Notes under the pieces: model-generated
The model's input: the letters and a program-made list of their open reading frames with translations, nothing else
Told to the model about the DNA's origin: nothing
Databases searched by the model: none
Part shown: positions 18,428 through 27,784 of the stretch, in pieces
How positions within the stretch are numbered: position 1 is the stretch's first letter
Layout: each line of letters begins with the position of its first letter
Source of the DNA: an uncultured bacterium
GTDB lineage: Bacteria; Auribacterota; Erginobacteria; Erginobacterales; Erginobacteraceae
Assembly (NCBI GenBank): GCA_963822585.1
Contig: CAWGIE010000019.1
Coordinates: forward strand, 249,300-313,299
Length of the DNA stretch: 64,000 nt
Reading direction: 5' to 3'
Program-made: the position numbers and the translations under genes

Positions 18428-18463
18428 CCCCCCTCTTCCGGGAAGGAAGAGGGGGGTTTTTTT
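18428..18463 (+). terminator. Intrinsic terminator.
   Basis: A 12-bp perfect stem cccccctcttcc / ggaagagggggg with a 5-nt loop, followed by T7. Confidence 0.85.
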
Positions 18464-18507
18464 ATCGGTTGTCTTTCCTGAATGAGGCAGAGGTTAAAGC
18501 AGCTGAC

Positions 18508-18722
18508 TTACTGCTTCGGAAATTTCAAAAATGAAGATCAATTTAAAGTCTGTTCAGCCGGTGGGGAGAGTATACAAACCACTTAAGCGAATCAGATAAT
18601 CAGTAAATCAGTGAGGAGAGGATCAGATTATCAGAGAATCAGATGGCGATGCCGGCCGCGCCGGATAATCTGATATCCCGGTATTCTTCTCACTGATACG
18701 CTGATAACCTGATATCCACCTT
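18508..18722 (-). repeat. Copy B (inverted) of the ~213-bp 'TTATCAG-word' element.
   Basis: Its reverse complement aligns end to end with 6570-6782. Confidence 0.85.
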
Positions 18723-18774
18723 GCGCTGTAGCGCGCTCCGTCGCCGGTGCGTCTATGACGCGTGGATCTTGTGC

Positions 18775-21342
18775 TTACCTCGTCACCGGCACATCACCCG
18801 CGGCACCGAAGTAGATCCGGGGCATACCTCTGATCGCCCACAGGCCGGATGATTGACGGAAGATGGCGGGATTAGAAATACCATCCCCGTTGAAGTCGGC
18901 CCGTATCGGATAGTCGATGCATCTGCCGTAATAAAAACGGCTCATACTCCGGACCGCCCAGAGAGCGGTGGCCTGGGGCCGGAAGATAGCCGCCTCCCAC
19001 CGTCCATCGCCGTCATAGTCGCCGGGGAGCAGCCAGTCACCGGCCCTTCCGAAGTAAAGCCGGGAGACGCCCCGGAGTGCCCAGAGCCCGGAGGAAGGAC
19101 GGAAGATCCCGATCGAAGCGGTGCCGGCCGATCCATAATCTCCGGGAAGGGGCGTATCGCCCAGGCCGCCGTAATAGACCCGGATACCGCCCCGGACCGC
19201 CCAGAGACCGGAAGCGTCGCGGAAAATGGCCGCTTCCGTAACACCGTCGCCGTTATAATCCGCCGGGACGGGATGGTCTCCGGCGATCCCATAGTAGAGC
19301 CGTGAGACGCCGCGGATCGCCCAGAGACCGGAGGCGGGACGGAAGATAGAGATCTCGGCGGTCCCATCCCCGTTGTAGTCACCTGAGATCGGCAGGTCAC
19401 TGGCGGCGCCGAAATAGACCCGCGGCAATCCGCGGATCGCCCAGAGACCGGATGACCTCCGAAAAATAGCGATGTCGGAAGTCCCGTCGCCATCGTAGTC
19501 TCCCGATACTACCATCATATTCTCCACGGGAACGGGCGGCCCGCAGGAAGGCGTGGGAGAGGGTGTGGCACTGGTTTGGGCGGTCGGGGTAGGAGTCGGG
19601 GTCGGCGGCGGGGGCGTCATGGTCATGGTCGCCCGGGGCGTCGGAGTGGCGGTCGGCGTGGTACTCGGTGTCACCGTCGAGGGGGGTGGCGTCGGAGGCA
19701 CCGTCGGCGCGGGCGTCGGAGGCACCGTCGGCGCGGGCGTCGGAGGCACCGTCGGCGCGGGCGTCGGAGGCACCGTCGGCGCGGGCGTCGGAGGCACCGT
19801 CGGCGCGGGCGTCGGAGGCACCGTCGGCGCGGGCGGCGGAGGCACCGTCGGCGCGGGTGTCGGCGTAGTCCCCGAAGGCTGGACGATGAAAGAATCGGTG
19901 GTGTCGTAGGAGCCCAAAGCCGGCGTCGCCCAGGGCTGGACGCGGAAGTAAACGTCGTCAGCGCCGGCGGGAAGGTCTTGCTGTGAATACCAGGTGAAGA
20001 TGTGGGGATAGCCGCCGATACTCGCCGGGTAGGAACCGGACCAGCTCCCGGTAGCCTGGTTCCAGGCCGAGCCATCGGTGCTGAAGGTAAAATAAACTAT
20101 CGGGGTGCTCTGGTTGTTCCATTGGAAAAGGCTGTAATCGATCGCGATATTTCCGGAAGCGGGACTGGAGGGGGTTTCCACCTCCGCCGAGATCAGGCCC
20201 TTGACGATGGCGGCACCGGTGTTATAAGAACCGTTCCTGAGAATGAAATAACTCTCTCCCAGCCTGATGGAATCATATCCGTAATTCCGGGATGAGTTCC
20301 AGGCGACCCCGGTCGTGACGGTTCCGATGGTGTTGATCGGTTCCTCCCGTAAAGTCCAGTTAACGCCATTGGTGGAATAGAAGGAATGAATCGGATAGGT
20401 GTAGTTATCGACCCAGAGCATGAATCCCTGGCGAACTCCGTTTTCGTAAACTTCTTCCAGGGAGTCGGTGTAGTAGTAGGCGGGTTTGTAGTTATAGGGA
20501 ACGGAGCTATACCCGGTGAAAGTGATGAAATCGGTCACCTCGGAGGAACCGGTCGTGTACGTTTCCCACCGACTCTGGCACTGCTCGTCCCAGGCGTATA
20601 GTTTCCAGTCCAGGCCATTGCTCGAGATATACATCTCGAAGTACCCGGGGTCGCCGGAGCAGTAGTGATCGACGCTGGAACCCAGATAGCAGATATACCG
20701 GTTATTCATCGGAATGCCCATGTCCAGGGCGGAGGGGTTATCGGGCATGTAAAGAACATCCGGCTTGATCATGTTTTTCGTCGTCCCGCACTCACCCGGG
20801 TTAAAATCGGAGATCTTATAAGCAGGCGGACAATAATCATATTCGAGGAATGGTTCCCAGTAAATACCATCGGTCGATTCACTGTAACGATAGTGGTAGT
20901 TATCACCATAGGCGGCGTACCAGAGCTTGAATTTAACGTTCACGCTCTCTTCCGTCCAGGCCACGTCCGCGGGCGGAAAGCCAGCGGCGGACGAGACTAG
21001 GGCATGGTGAGCGATATCCCAGCTCCGGGGCACGTCGATCGCGACCGGTGTATCCCAATTCCTCCCGTCGGTGGAAGAAACATACCATAACGAGTAAAGG
21101 GCGACGCCCTGGTCCATCCCCTGGATGGTGATGAACTTGCTTCCGTCCCAACCCAGCCGGTTATCGTAATGGCGGTTGCCGGAGCTGCCGGCGATCGCCG
21201 GATCCACCCCCGGGTTCCAGTCGGTATAGGAGAAATTCGTCCAGGCCGGCTGGCTGAAACCGGAATTCGCGACCGGAAGCACACAGAGCAACATAAATAC
21301 GGCGAAAGTACTTTTTAGATAGTTCATACGATACCTCCTCAA
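18775..21342 (-). CDS. Secreted modular protein: signal peptide, glycosidase-like beta-rich head, (PTPAPTVP)n linker, and 7 FG-GAP/VCBS-like repeats.
   Basis: 855 aa. The N-terminus is MNYLKSTFAVFMLLCVLPVANSG. The linker is PTPAPTVPPTPAPTVPP x7. Seven C-terminal units follow the pattern GDYDGDG..D.AIFR..SGLWAIRG..R.YFG...D.P.., and the protein ends ...GDVPVTR. An SD (GAGGAGG) precedes the ATG. Confidence 0.85.
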   Translation of the reverse strand: MRRYRMNYLKSTFAVFMLLCVLPVANSGFSQPAWTNFSYTDWNPGVDPAIAGSSGNRHYDNRLGWDGSKFITIQGMDQGVALYSLWYVSSTDGRNWDTPVAIDVPRSWDIAHHALVSSAAGFPPADVAWTEESVNVKFKLWYAAYGDNYHYRYSESTDGIYWEPFLEYDYCPPAYKISDFNPGECGTTKNMIKPDVLYMPDNPSALDMGIPMNNRYICYLGSSVDHYCSGDPGYFEMYISSNGLDWKLYAWDEQCQSRWETYTTGSSEVTDFITFTGYSSVPYNYKPAYYYTDSLEEVYENGVRQGFMLWVDNYTYPIHSFYSTNGVNWTLREEPINTIGTVTTGVAWNSSRNYGYDSIRLGESYFILRNGSYNTGAAIVKGLISAEVETPSSPASGNIAIDYSLFQWNNQSTPIVYFTFSTDGSAWNQATGSWSGSYPASIGGYPHIFTWYSQQDLPAGADDVYFRVQPWATPALGSYDTTDSFIVQPSGTTPTPAPTVPPPPAPTVPPTPAPTVPPTPAPTVPPTPAPTVPPTPAPTVPPTPAPTVPPTPPPSTVTPSTTPTATPTPRATMTMTPPPPTPTPTPTAQTSATPSPTPSCGPPVPVENMMVVSGDYDGDGTSDIAIFRRSSGLWAIRGLPRVYFGAASDLPISGDYNGDGTAEISIFRPASGLWAIRGVSRLYYGIAGDHPVPADYNGDGVTEAAIFRDASGLWAVRGGIRVYYGGLGDTPLPGDYGSAGTASIGIFRPSSGLWALRGVSRLYFGRAGDWLLPGDYDGDGRWEAAIFRPQATALWAVRSMSRFYYGRCIDYPIRADFNGDGISNPAIFRQSSGLWAIRGMPRIYFGAAGDVPVTR
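19689..19860 (-). repeat. Near-perfect 24-nt tandem repeat (about 7 copies) that encodes the PTPAPTVP linker.
   Basis: cgtcggaggcaccgtcggcgcggg is reiterated with essentially no substitutions. Confidence 0.9.
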
Positions 21343-21354
21343 TCATCAATCGGG

Positions 21355-21603
21355 TTATGTGGTGGGAGGAGCGGTGTAGAGTCCACAGCCGCAGAAGAAG
21401 CTCTGGGCGCAGGAAAAATCTTCGCTGCAGGTAAACACCCCCACCTGCCCGCACTCATAGTCATCGGCGCAGGCGAAGAGATCGCAGTCATAGGCATTGG
21501 GGTTGCTGAAAGCACCGCAGCCGCCTTTGATAACGGGATCGCATTTCTGGCTGAAGGAACCGACCACTCCCCGCGCGATCTTTTCGATATCTTGTGGACG
21601 CAT
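21355..21603 (-). CDS. Small Cys-rich peptide (82 aa, 9 Cys) with no signal peptide. Function unknown.
   Basis: A strong SD (AAAGGAG) lies 11 nt upstream of the ATG. Its stop is 12 nt upstream of the start of the 855-aa gene. Sequence: MRPQDIEKIARGVVGSFSQKCDPVIKGGCGAFSNPNAYDCDLFACADDYECGQVGVFTCSEDFSCAQSFFCGCGLYTAPPTT. Confidence 0.65.
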   Translation of the reverse strand: MRPQDIEKIARGVVGSFSQKCDPVIKGGCGAFSNPNAYDCDLFACADDYECGQVGVFTCSEDFSCAQSFFCGCGLYTAPPTT

Positions 21604-21841
21604 TGTTTTTATTCTCCTTTTATCCTACCCCGATTATATCAGGCCGGGTTCGAGAACGCGGCCCTTACTTCGTTCGGGCAATTGAGAACTACGAATTTCG
21701 CGGATTTTTATCCCGAAACGTCGCAGACGCTTTTCGGAGACACGAATTATTTTGTACTATCCCTGCAATCTCGATTCAATGCTTGCCTATTCTTATTTTT
21801 CCGGTCTCCCCCGAAGTATTAATCGGGGAAGAAAAATAAGA

Positions 21842-24800
21842 TTACCAGGTAATCGGGATGGCGTTCGGGCCGCCCCAGTATTTCCGGGTCAGACCGCGGA
21901 TCGCCCAGAGTCCATTGGAGGGACGGTAGACGGCGATCCGGTCGGTCCCGTCTCCATCGTAATCAGCCGGCTGGGGATAATCATACCGCTCCCCGAAGTA
22001 GACCCGGGGGAATCCATCGATCGCCCAGAGTCCGGGGCCCTCCCGGAAGATGCCGAACTCCCTGAGGCCGTCGCCGTCATAGTCGGCGGGGACGGGATAA
22101 TCCCCGAACCGGCCATAATACCGGCGCGTCAGCCCGCGGATCATCCAGAGAGACGCCGCCGGCCGGTAGACAGCGATCCGGGCCCGGCCGCTTCCGTCAT
22201 AAACACCCGGGATCGGGAGGTCCAGGAGTCCTCCGAAGTAAACCCTGGTCACGGCGCGGATCGCCCAGAGTCCGATCGGGCGCCGGAAGAGACCGCTATC
22301 GGAACTACCGTCGCCATCGTAGTCGGCCGGGACCGGGATATCCCCGTCGCTCCCGAAGTAGAAACGACTCATACCCCGGATCGCCCAGAGGCCGGTCGCC
22401 GGCCGGAAGACGGCCACCTCGGTGGTCCCGTCCCCGTCATAATCGCCGGGGGCCGGGAGGTCACCTCCCTGGCCGAAATAGATCGACCTGCTCTGATTAT
22501 AGGGGCAGAGCTGGATGTACCATTTTCCCGCGCCGCATTTCCAGGTATCTATATCCGACCTTCCGTCACCGTTGTAGTCATTGCCGCCTATCACCAGCCA
22601 GGTAAAAGCCAGGGCATCATCTTCGTCCCCGGCGTCGGGAAGGCCCGGGAGGTCATGGCCCGAACTGTCGGTGGGGTTGCCGGTGGCCGTCGCCGTATTG
22701 AGACGCATGGCGAGCCGGGGGAAGGTATATTCAAGCTGTGCGCTCTGGGTGGGAGCGAGCGGGCCGGGTATGGTCCCGATCAGAATATCATCACCGGGGT
22801 CTTTCGGAGTCCCGTTATCATCCCAGACCTCAATAGCGGAGAGGTAGGTATCCCCGGTGTTGGTTACCGCATAATAGTATGCCGGGTCTTCACAAATGGG
22901 GAGAATCGCCACCGTCCCGTCGGGAAAACCGTCTGCGGTTTTGATCAGCTCAATCGCGGGATGCAGCGGGGTCGGGGTAACGGACGGGGTCATGGTCGGG
23001 GTCGGCGTGGCTGTGGACGGGAGAGGCGGGGTCGGCGCAGCGGTGGGGGTGGCGGTCGGGGTCGGCGTGAGAGTCGGGGTCGGTGTCTGTACAGGCGGCA
23101 GGCAGACGGCGACTGTATTCAGAGAAGGGGTCTTGGGACAGGCTTTGTCCGAACCGGGATGGAGGTATACCCGGAAGTAGAACGTCCCCGGCGCGGGGAA
23201 AGAGCTGATATTGTCGTTTATGATCTCCGCCGGATTACTCTCTGCCGGAACGGTGGCGCTGGACCAGGCCCCCATGTCCCAGTAGAAGAACGCCGCGCTG
23301 TCGCCGGAGATCTGATAGGTCGTCGTCCCGAAGCCGTCACTGCCGGTGCTTTCACTGAAGCCGGCGAGAGCGGTACTGTAATAATAACCGGTCGTGTTCT
23401 CCAGGTAGCCGTCACTATAATACTGCGAGCGGGAGACATAGATCTCTCCGTTAGCCTCGTAGCCGGCATAGAGGCAGGAAGTGCAGGTAATCTCCAGGGA
23501 GGTCATGTTCCCTTCTTCCGGCAGCCCGTGGACAACGTGGCGGGGGGAGGTGAACCAGTCCCAGGTGACGCCTCCATCGGTGGAGCGGTGGACCATGCCC
23601 AAAGTGCTGGTTCCCGCCCAGAGGCTTCCGTCGGCCGGGTTCCCCTTCATGTCATGAACGAAGGTGGCGTTCCGACTGGTGTAGGTATCGGTCCCGTATC
23701 CGGCCATCTCCAGGGAATACAGATTTCCCAGGGCGTTCCAGATATCGCTCTGCGGGTTCCAGGGACCGGCCCCCGGGGCGTCCAGTTTATAGATGACCGC
23801 GTCGCGCCGGGGGTTCAGTATCCAGGAGCGGAGGGGATCGTTGTTGGTGGAGCAGGCATAGACGTTCCCGTCCCGGTCTTCGGAGAAGTTGTCGATCCAG
23901 GTGGGATAGGTAAGGTCGGGGGGAACGATGTCGTGGGCGTTGGTGCCGTTAAAATGGGTATGGTCGCTAAAAGAGACTCCGGAGTAGATGTACTCGGGAG
24001 AGTCGGTCTGGGGGGGATTAAACGATCCCCCGTCCAGCCAGTTGATTCCATCGGTGGAGGTGTAGATATGGCCGAAGCCGCGCAGGGCCTGGTAGCCGGA
24101 GAAAGCGTTATCTTCGCCGCCCGAGTTGGTGGAGAAAAAGAGCCTCCCGTCGCTGCTTTTAAAGAGAGCCTGGGTCCGGTCGGGGCGGTAGGTGGATGGA
24201 TAATAGTCGTACGGCTGGCCGTTGCAGTGCTCGCCTCCGTAGTAGTCGAAGAGATAGGGACAGGCCGGCTGATAGGGGGGCGGGTACGATGGATAATTGG
24301 GTTGGGGGAGGGCTCCCCCGACCAGGGCCGCCGTGGTGTTCCAGACCTCAACCCATTGCTCCGGGTGAGAACCCGGATCGGGGCAGCGCCAGACCCGGCC
24401 GTCATCCTTGGTGGTAGCGATCAGCGCGCCATCCGGCGCTTCTACCACACTGGTGCACCCCCCGCCGGGGAGCCCCGTCACCACTCCCCAGTTCACCCCG
24501 TCGGTGCTTCTCCATACTCCCGATAAGCCGGGTTCCGGCCAAAAAATGGTGGTATCTTGGGTGGCGGCATAGATGGTCCCATCCGCCCCCTCGGCGAGAC
24601 GGCTGGCCTTCTGGGCCCTGCGGACGCCCGGAATCTCCAGGATGAAGGAGTTCCAGCTCGTTCCGTCGGTTGACCTCCAGATCACCCGTCCGTTAGAACT
24701 ATCCCGGGCGGCTATATAGAGATTGCCGTCGGAGAATTGCTCGAGATCATAGCTCCCGGTAGCAGGTGAACCGGGGAGAGAGGCATCTTCCCAGACCTCT

Positions 24801-25003
24801 CCGATCTGCCGGCTTTTTTCTAAAGATGCCGCGCCGCCCGAGATTGTACTATGATAGGTAATATAATCGGCCGCCGTATCGAAATTCCAGGTTCGACATT
24901 GGCAGTACACCGGCCGGATGAAAAGACCGATACAATAGGAGAAGACGAATATAATCGGCGTAAAATACAGGGTTTTGATCAACTGACCCGATGGTGGTTT
25001 CAT
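21842..25003 (-). CDS. Secreted modular protein: signal/anchor, BNR/Asp-box beta-propeller region, PT linker, Ig-like/DUF11-like domain, and 7 FG-GAP/VCBS-like repeats.
   Basis: 1053 aa. Asp-box motifs: WRSTDGTSW, WRSTDGVNW, YTSTDGINW, HRSTDGGVTW. The linker is TPTPTLTPTPTATPTAAPTPP. The C-terminal repeats are GDYDGDG...FR...GLWAIRG...YFG, and the protein ends ...NAIPITW. Confidence 0.85.
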   Translation of the reverse strand: MKPPSGQLIKTLYFTPIIFVFSYCIGLFIRPVYCQCRTWNFDTAADYITYHSTISGGAASLEKSRQIGEVWEDASLPGSPATGSYDLEQFSDGNLYIAARDSSNGRVIWRSTDGTSWNSFILEIPGVRRAQKASRLAEGADGTIYAATQDTTIFWPEPGLSGVWRSTDGVNWGVVTGLPGGGCTSVVEAPDGALIATTKDDGRVWRCPDPGSHPEQWVEVWNTTAALVGGALPQPNYPSYPPPYQPACPYLFDYYGGEHCNGQPYDYYPSTYRPDRTQALFKSSDGRLFFSTNSGGEDNAFSGYQALRGFGHIYTSTDGINWLDGGSFNPPQTDSPEYIYSGVSFSDHTHFNGTNAHDIVPPDLTYPTWIDNFSEDRDGNVYACSTNNDPLRSWILNPRRDAVIYKLDAPGAGPWNPQSDIWNALGNLYSLEMAGYGTDTYTSRNATFVHDMKGNPADGSLWAGTSTLGMVHRSTDGGVTWDWFTSPRHVVHGLPEEGNMTSLEITCTSCLYAGYEANGEIYVSRSQYYSDGYLENTTGYYYSTALAGFSESTGSDGFGTTTYQISGDSAAFFYWDMGAWSSATVPAESNPAEIINDNISSFPAPGTFYFRVYLHPGSDKACPKTPSLNTVAVCLPPVQTPTPTLTPTPTATPTAAPTPPLPSTATPTPTMTPSVTPTPLHPAIELIKTADGFPDGTVAILPICEDPAYYYAVTNTGDTYLSAIEVWDDNGTPKDPGDDILIGTIPGPLAPTQSAQLEYTFPRLAMRLNTATATGNPTDSSGHDLPGLPDAGDEDDALAFTWLVIGGNDYNGDGRSDIDTWKCGAGKWYIQLCPYNQSRSIYFGQGGDLPAPGDYDGDGTTEVAVFRPATGLWAIRGMSRFYFGSDGDIPVPADYDGDGSSDSGLFRRPIGLWAIRAVTRVYFGGLLDLPIPGVYDGSGRARIAVYRPAASLWMIRGLTRRYYGRFGDYPVPADYDGDGLREFGIFREGPGLWAIDGFPRVYFGERYDYPQPADYDGDGTDRIAVYRPSNGLWAIRGLTRKYWGGPNAIPITW

Positions 25004-25418
25004 GATAATTGTCTATGGATCTTTCCTTAAAAAATACTGCTTTCAGAAGTGGATGCAAGGAGCTTTACAGTCTAGGTCAAACGATATGATTTGTCAATTA
25101 TTTATTATACCCCAAGTTATGCGATTCGACAAGCGGTTTTTCTCGACGGCTTTTCTCGGCGCCCCGGAAAAATTTATGTTCCCTCGCCGGAATAGAGTGG
25201 TGTGCAGGAGAGAAGCAGGATTACATACTTGACCGAGCTGCCCCCTTTCTTTTTCGACTGTAGCCAGCGCCAGGATGTGCCCCCGGCTTCCCTTTCTTCA
25301 TAGCTGTCATTCCTCCCGTGTCTTGACTCTTTTGGTTAGTTAACGATATTTTGCCGGGACGCATCTGCCTACGCCTAAGAAGAGAGAACATCATATTTTA
25401 TTTATCCGGCAGAGGGCC

Positions 25419-26648
25419 TCATCCCTCGCCCCCGGCGCCGCCGTCACACTCATCGATGGAGGGGCGCCCCGTGACCGCTTCCAGGATCTGGCTGCTGACC
25501 GGCGGACAGCCGGGGATAAAAAGTCCCCGGCCCTGGTGGCGGAGGGTGCAGTTCCCGATACAGAGGGTACCCTCCGGCACCTCCCGGTGACCCCGGCCGA
25601 TCGCGATCCGGATGGGGGTGCCCGGGGGAAAATAATCGAAGAGGCGTTTCCCGTACCCTTTCAGGAAGAGCAGAAGCGTGGACTGGCAGGCGCTGCAGGA
25701 ATTCTCATCCAGGACGGTAATCCCCGGAAAGGCGACTGAAAGATTGACCGGCGGGGGAGCGAAAGGGCTGATCCAGTCCCGCCAGCAATGAGGGGAGACG
25801 GCGAGTCGCTCCAGGGCGATCACCCCGTACCCGCGCCCGGCGCCGAGACGGAGATGGGGGATGTCCTCCGCCCGGGTACCCATCAGCCGGCAGGCGACGG
25901 CATCGGCGGCGAAGGGGTCCGCGCTCACCACGACCACGCCCAGCGGGCGCGGTTCCCCGGCGCTGGGCCCCATCCCTTCCATCCCCACCGTGCCGTCGAT
26001 AATGGAGAGATGCGGCCGGAGCACCCCGGCCAGGTCGGCGATCGCGACGTCGATCGGTTTTTCATCGCTCCCGGCGACCGGCGGCAGCATGTGGAGTCCG
26101 ACCTTGCTCCGTCGCCAGAGGCAGCCCTTCATGTTCTTGACCGCCAGCGTCACCCCGGTGTGCATGTGCATCTTCATGACCGGGATGGAGACGAGGAAGT
26201 CGAAAGCCAGCGCCTCCGAGCAGACCCGGAGCGAATCGATGGCGAGGCCCCCGGGGACCGGCAGCTCATTGAACTCTTCCGCGTCCAGGTCGATCAGCCG
26301 GCAGCCGCGCTCGCGCGCGATCGCGGCGATGCCGGTGCTGGCAAAGGCTTCAAGCGTTTTTACACCCACGATCGGGCTTTCCCCGATCTCCGGCTCCGCT
26401 CCCGCTTCCCGGAAGGCGTCGACGGCGGCGGCCACCACCTCCGGGTCGGTGGTGATGCCTTTCCCGGGGGGAGCTATCCTCCCGGCATTGGGCTTGAGCA
26501 GAACCCGTTTTCCCCGGGCCGGGGAGAGGTCCACCCGGGAGAGGGCGGCCCGGGCGTTGGCGTAGGCCCCCCCTCCCCCGGCGACAAAGACCGCCGGGCG
26601 ATCCGGGGAAATAAGAAAAGGATTACCGGTTGGTCCGCGGGTTGCCAT
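25419..26648 (-). CDS. DUF362-family protein (probable Fe-S protein).
   Basis: 409 aa. It has VLLKPN...TTDPEVV...IPVMKMHMHTGVTLAVKNMKG... and a C-terminal Cys cluster (CSAC...CIGNC...GCPP). Confidence 0.7.
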   Translation of the reverse strand: MATRGPTGNPFLISPDRPAVFVAGGGGAYANARAALSRVDLSPARGKRVLLKPNAGRIAPPGKGITTDPEVVAAAVDAFREAGAEPEIGESPIVGVKTLEAFASTGIAAIARERGCRLIDLDAEEFNELPVPGGLAIDSLRVCSEALAFDFLVSIPVMKMHMHTGVTLAVKNMKGCLWRRSKVGLHMLPPVAGSDEKPIDVAIADLAGVLRPHLSIIDGTVGMEGMGPSAGEPRPLGVVVVSADPFAADAVACRLMGTRAEDIPHLRLGAGRGYGVIALERLAVSPHCWRDWISPFAPPPVNLSVAFPGITVLDENSCSACQSTLLLFLKGYGKRLFDYFPPGTPIRIAIGRGHREVPEGTLCIGNCTLRHQGRGLFIPGCPPVSSQILEAVTGRPSIDECDGGAGGEG

Positions 26649-26710
26649 TGCCGGGTCTTGTCTCCGTGTATACCGCCGCGCAGGTGGAAGCGCGTAAAAT
26701 CATGCTATAC

Positions 26711-26925
26711 CCTGCTCGAAAAGGATTTCGAGCAGGAAATCCTAAATAAATCCAAAATCCAAATGATCAAATGTTTCAAATCTCGCCGGTTTTAACCCAT
26801 TGTTTTGGATTTTTTAGTTTGGTCATTTGATATTATTTAGGATTTAGTATTTTCCGCCAGAGGCGGATCAGCCTTTGGCTGAAGATATTAGGATTTGAGA
26901 GCTGACTAGCTTTTCGAGTAAGCTC
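26711..26925 (+). repeat. Copy 1 of a ~215-235 bp dispersed element made of 'AAATCC/GGATTT' words. Copy 2 is inverted at 41116..41352.
   Basis: It begins with the hairpin cctgctcgaaa-agg-atttcgagcagg. Hand alignment to the reverse complement of 41116-41352 is collinear. Confidence 0.8.
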
Positions 26926-27025
26926 ATACTATACTAATACCGTTTCACCTTCCACATCTTAACCTGTATTCTTCGGGAAATAAGACCTGCTCGACAGATG
27001 AAACTTCGCGGGGCATACTATCTTC

Positions 27026-27775
27026 ATGCTGAATCGCCGGGTATATCAGCTTCTTTTCTACGCTTACGCCCTCCTGGCCGCGCCCTGGTTCGCGGGAAAC
27101 CTGCGAGCGGCTTTTGAGAACCGTGAGGTCTTCCTCCTCCCCGGCCTGATCATTCTTCTCGCGCTGATCGCCGAGACCGTCGCCCTGCCCTGGGCGTTTC
27201 GCCGCTGGCATTCCGCTGCCGGCGGGAAGTCCGGCATTCCTCTCCAGCTCGGCGCCGCCATCTGCATCTCCCACGCCATCCTGACCTACTTCCTCGGGAT
27301 CTATTTGCTCGACGCCTTCGGGGTGATGGGCGTGGGAACGGCGGGTGATGGACAGGCGTTTTGGATGGCGGCGACCTTCATCCTCCTTTTCTTCCGTGAA
27401 AGTTATCTTTTCTTCGCGACCGGGGTGGCCCTCCGCTCGGTGAAGCCCGTTTCGAAGGGGCAGGATATCGCGGTCGGAATCCTCCTCCTCTTCTTCCGCT
27501 GCGTCGCCTACACTTCCTACTGGGACGTGATGATGGCGGTCGGCCCGGTCCGGGGTATGCATTCGGCCGTCTGGATCGTCCTCGGTCCGGCGCTGGTTCT
27601 GATCTTCTATATTATCTATCTACCGATCCGGATGACCGATCTCCTGGGAGCATACTACACGGAAGGGGCGGTGGCGGGGAGGCGGGAGACCCGGCGTCTG
27701 CTCGTCTCCGGGGCCGTCCTTGCTCTCTACCCGGTCTTCGGGCCCGGGCTGATAGCCCTGGTCACCGGACGCTGA
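27026..27775 (+). CDS. Hypothetical polytopic membrane protein.
   Basis: 249 aa with about 6-7 hydrophobic helices. I recognised no family signature. Confidence 0.5.
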   Translation: MLNRRVYQLLFYAYALLAAPWFAGNLRAAFENREVFLLPGLIILLALIAETVALPWAFRRWHSAAGGKSGIPLQLGAAICISHAILTYFLGIYLLDAFGVMGVGTAGDGQAFWMAATFILLFFRESYLFFATGVALRSVKPVSKGQDIAVGILLLFFRCVAYTSYWDVMMAVGPVRGMHSAVWIVLGPALVLIFYIIYLPIRMTDLLGAYYTEGAVAGRRETRRLLVSGAVLALYPVFGPGLIALVTGR

Positions 27776-27784
27776 TCGCGGCGG

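Noticed and set aside
21752-24526. The 924-aa plus-strand ORF, together with other long shadow ORFs: 25788..26795, 28929..30275, 35126..36175, 36824..37933, 38186..39520, 40219..41208, 42334..43476, 16323..17729, 31755..32912 and 31808..32842.
   Set aside because: All are antisense or out of frame to genes with clear family signatures. Their compositions are Arg/Gly/Pro-rich with no motifs. They are typical GC-rich shadow ORFs.
25002-25418. A promoter-like TTGACT...GATATT box and ORF 25002..25232 on the plus strand, upstream of nothing obvious.
   Set aside because: No downstream plus-strand gene exists, because the DUF362 gene is on the minus strand. The ORF is AT-rich with no SD. The region more likely holds the minus-strand promoter of the 1053-aa gene.
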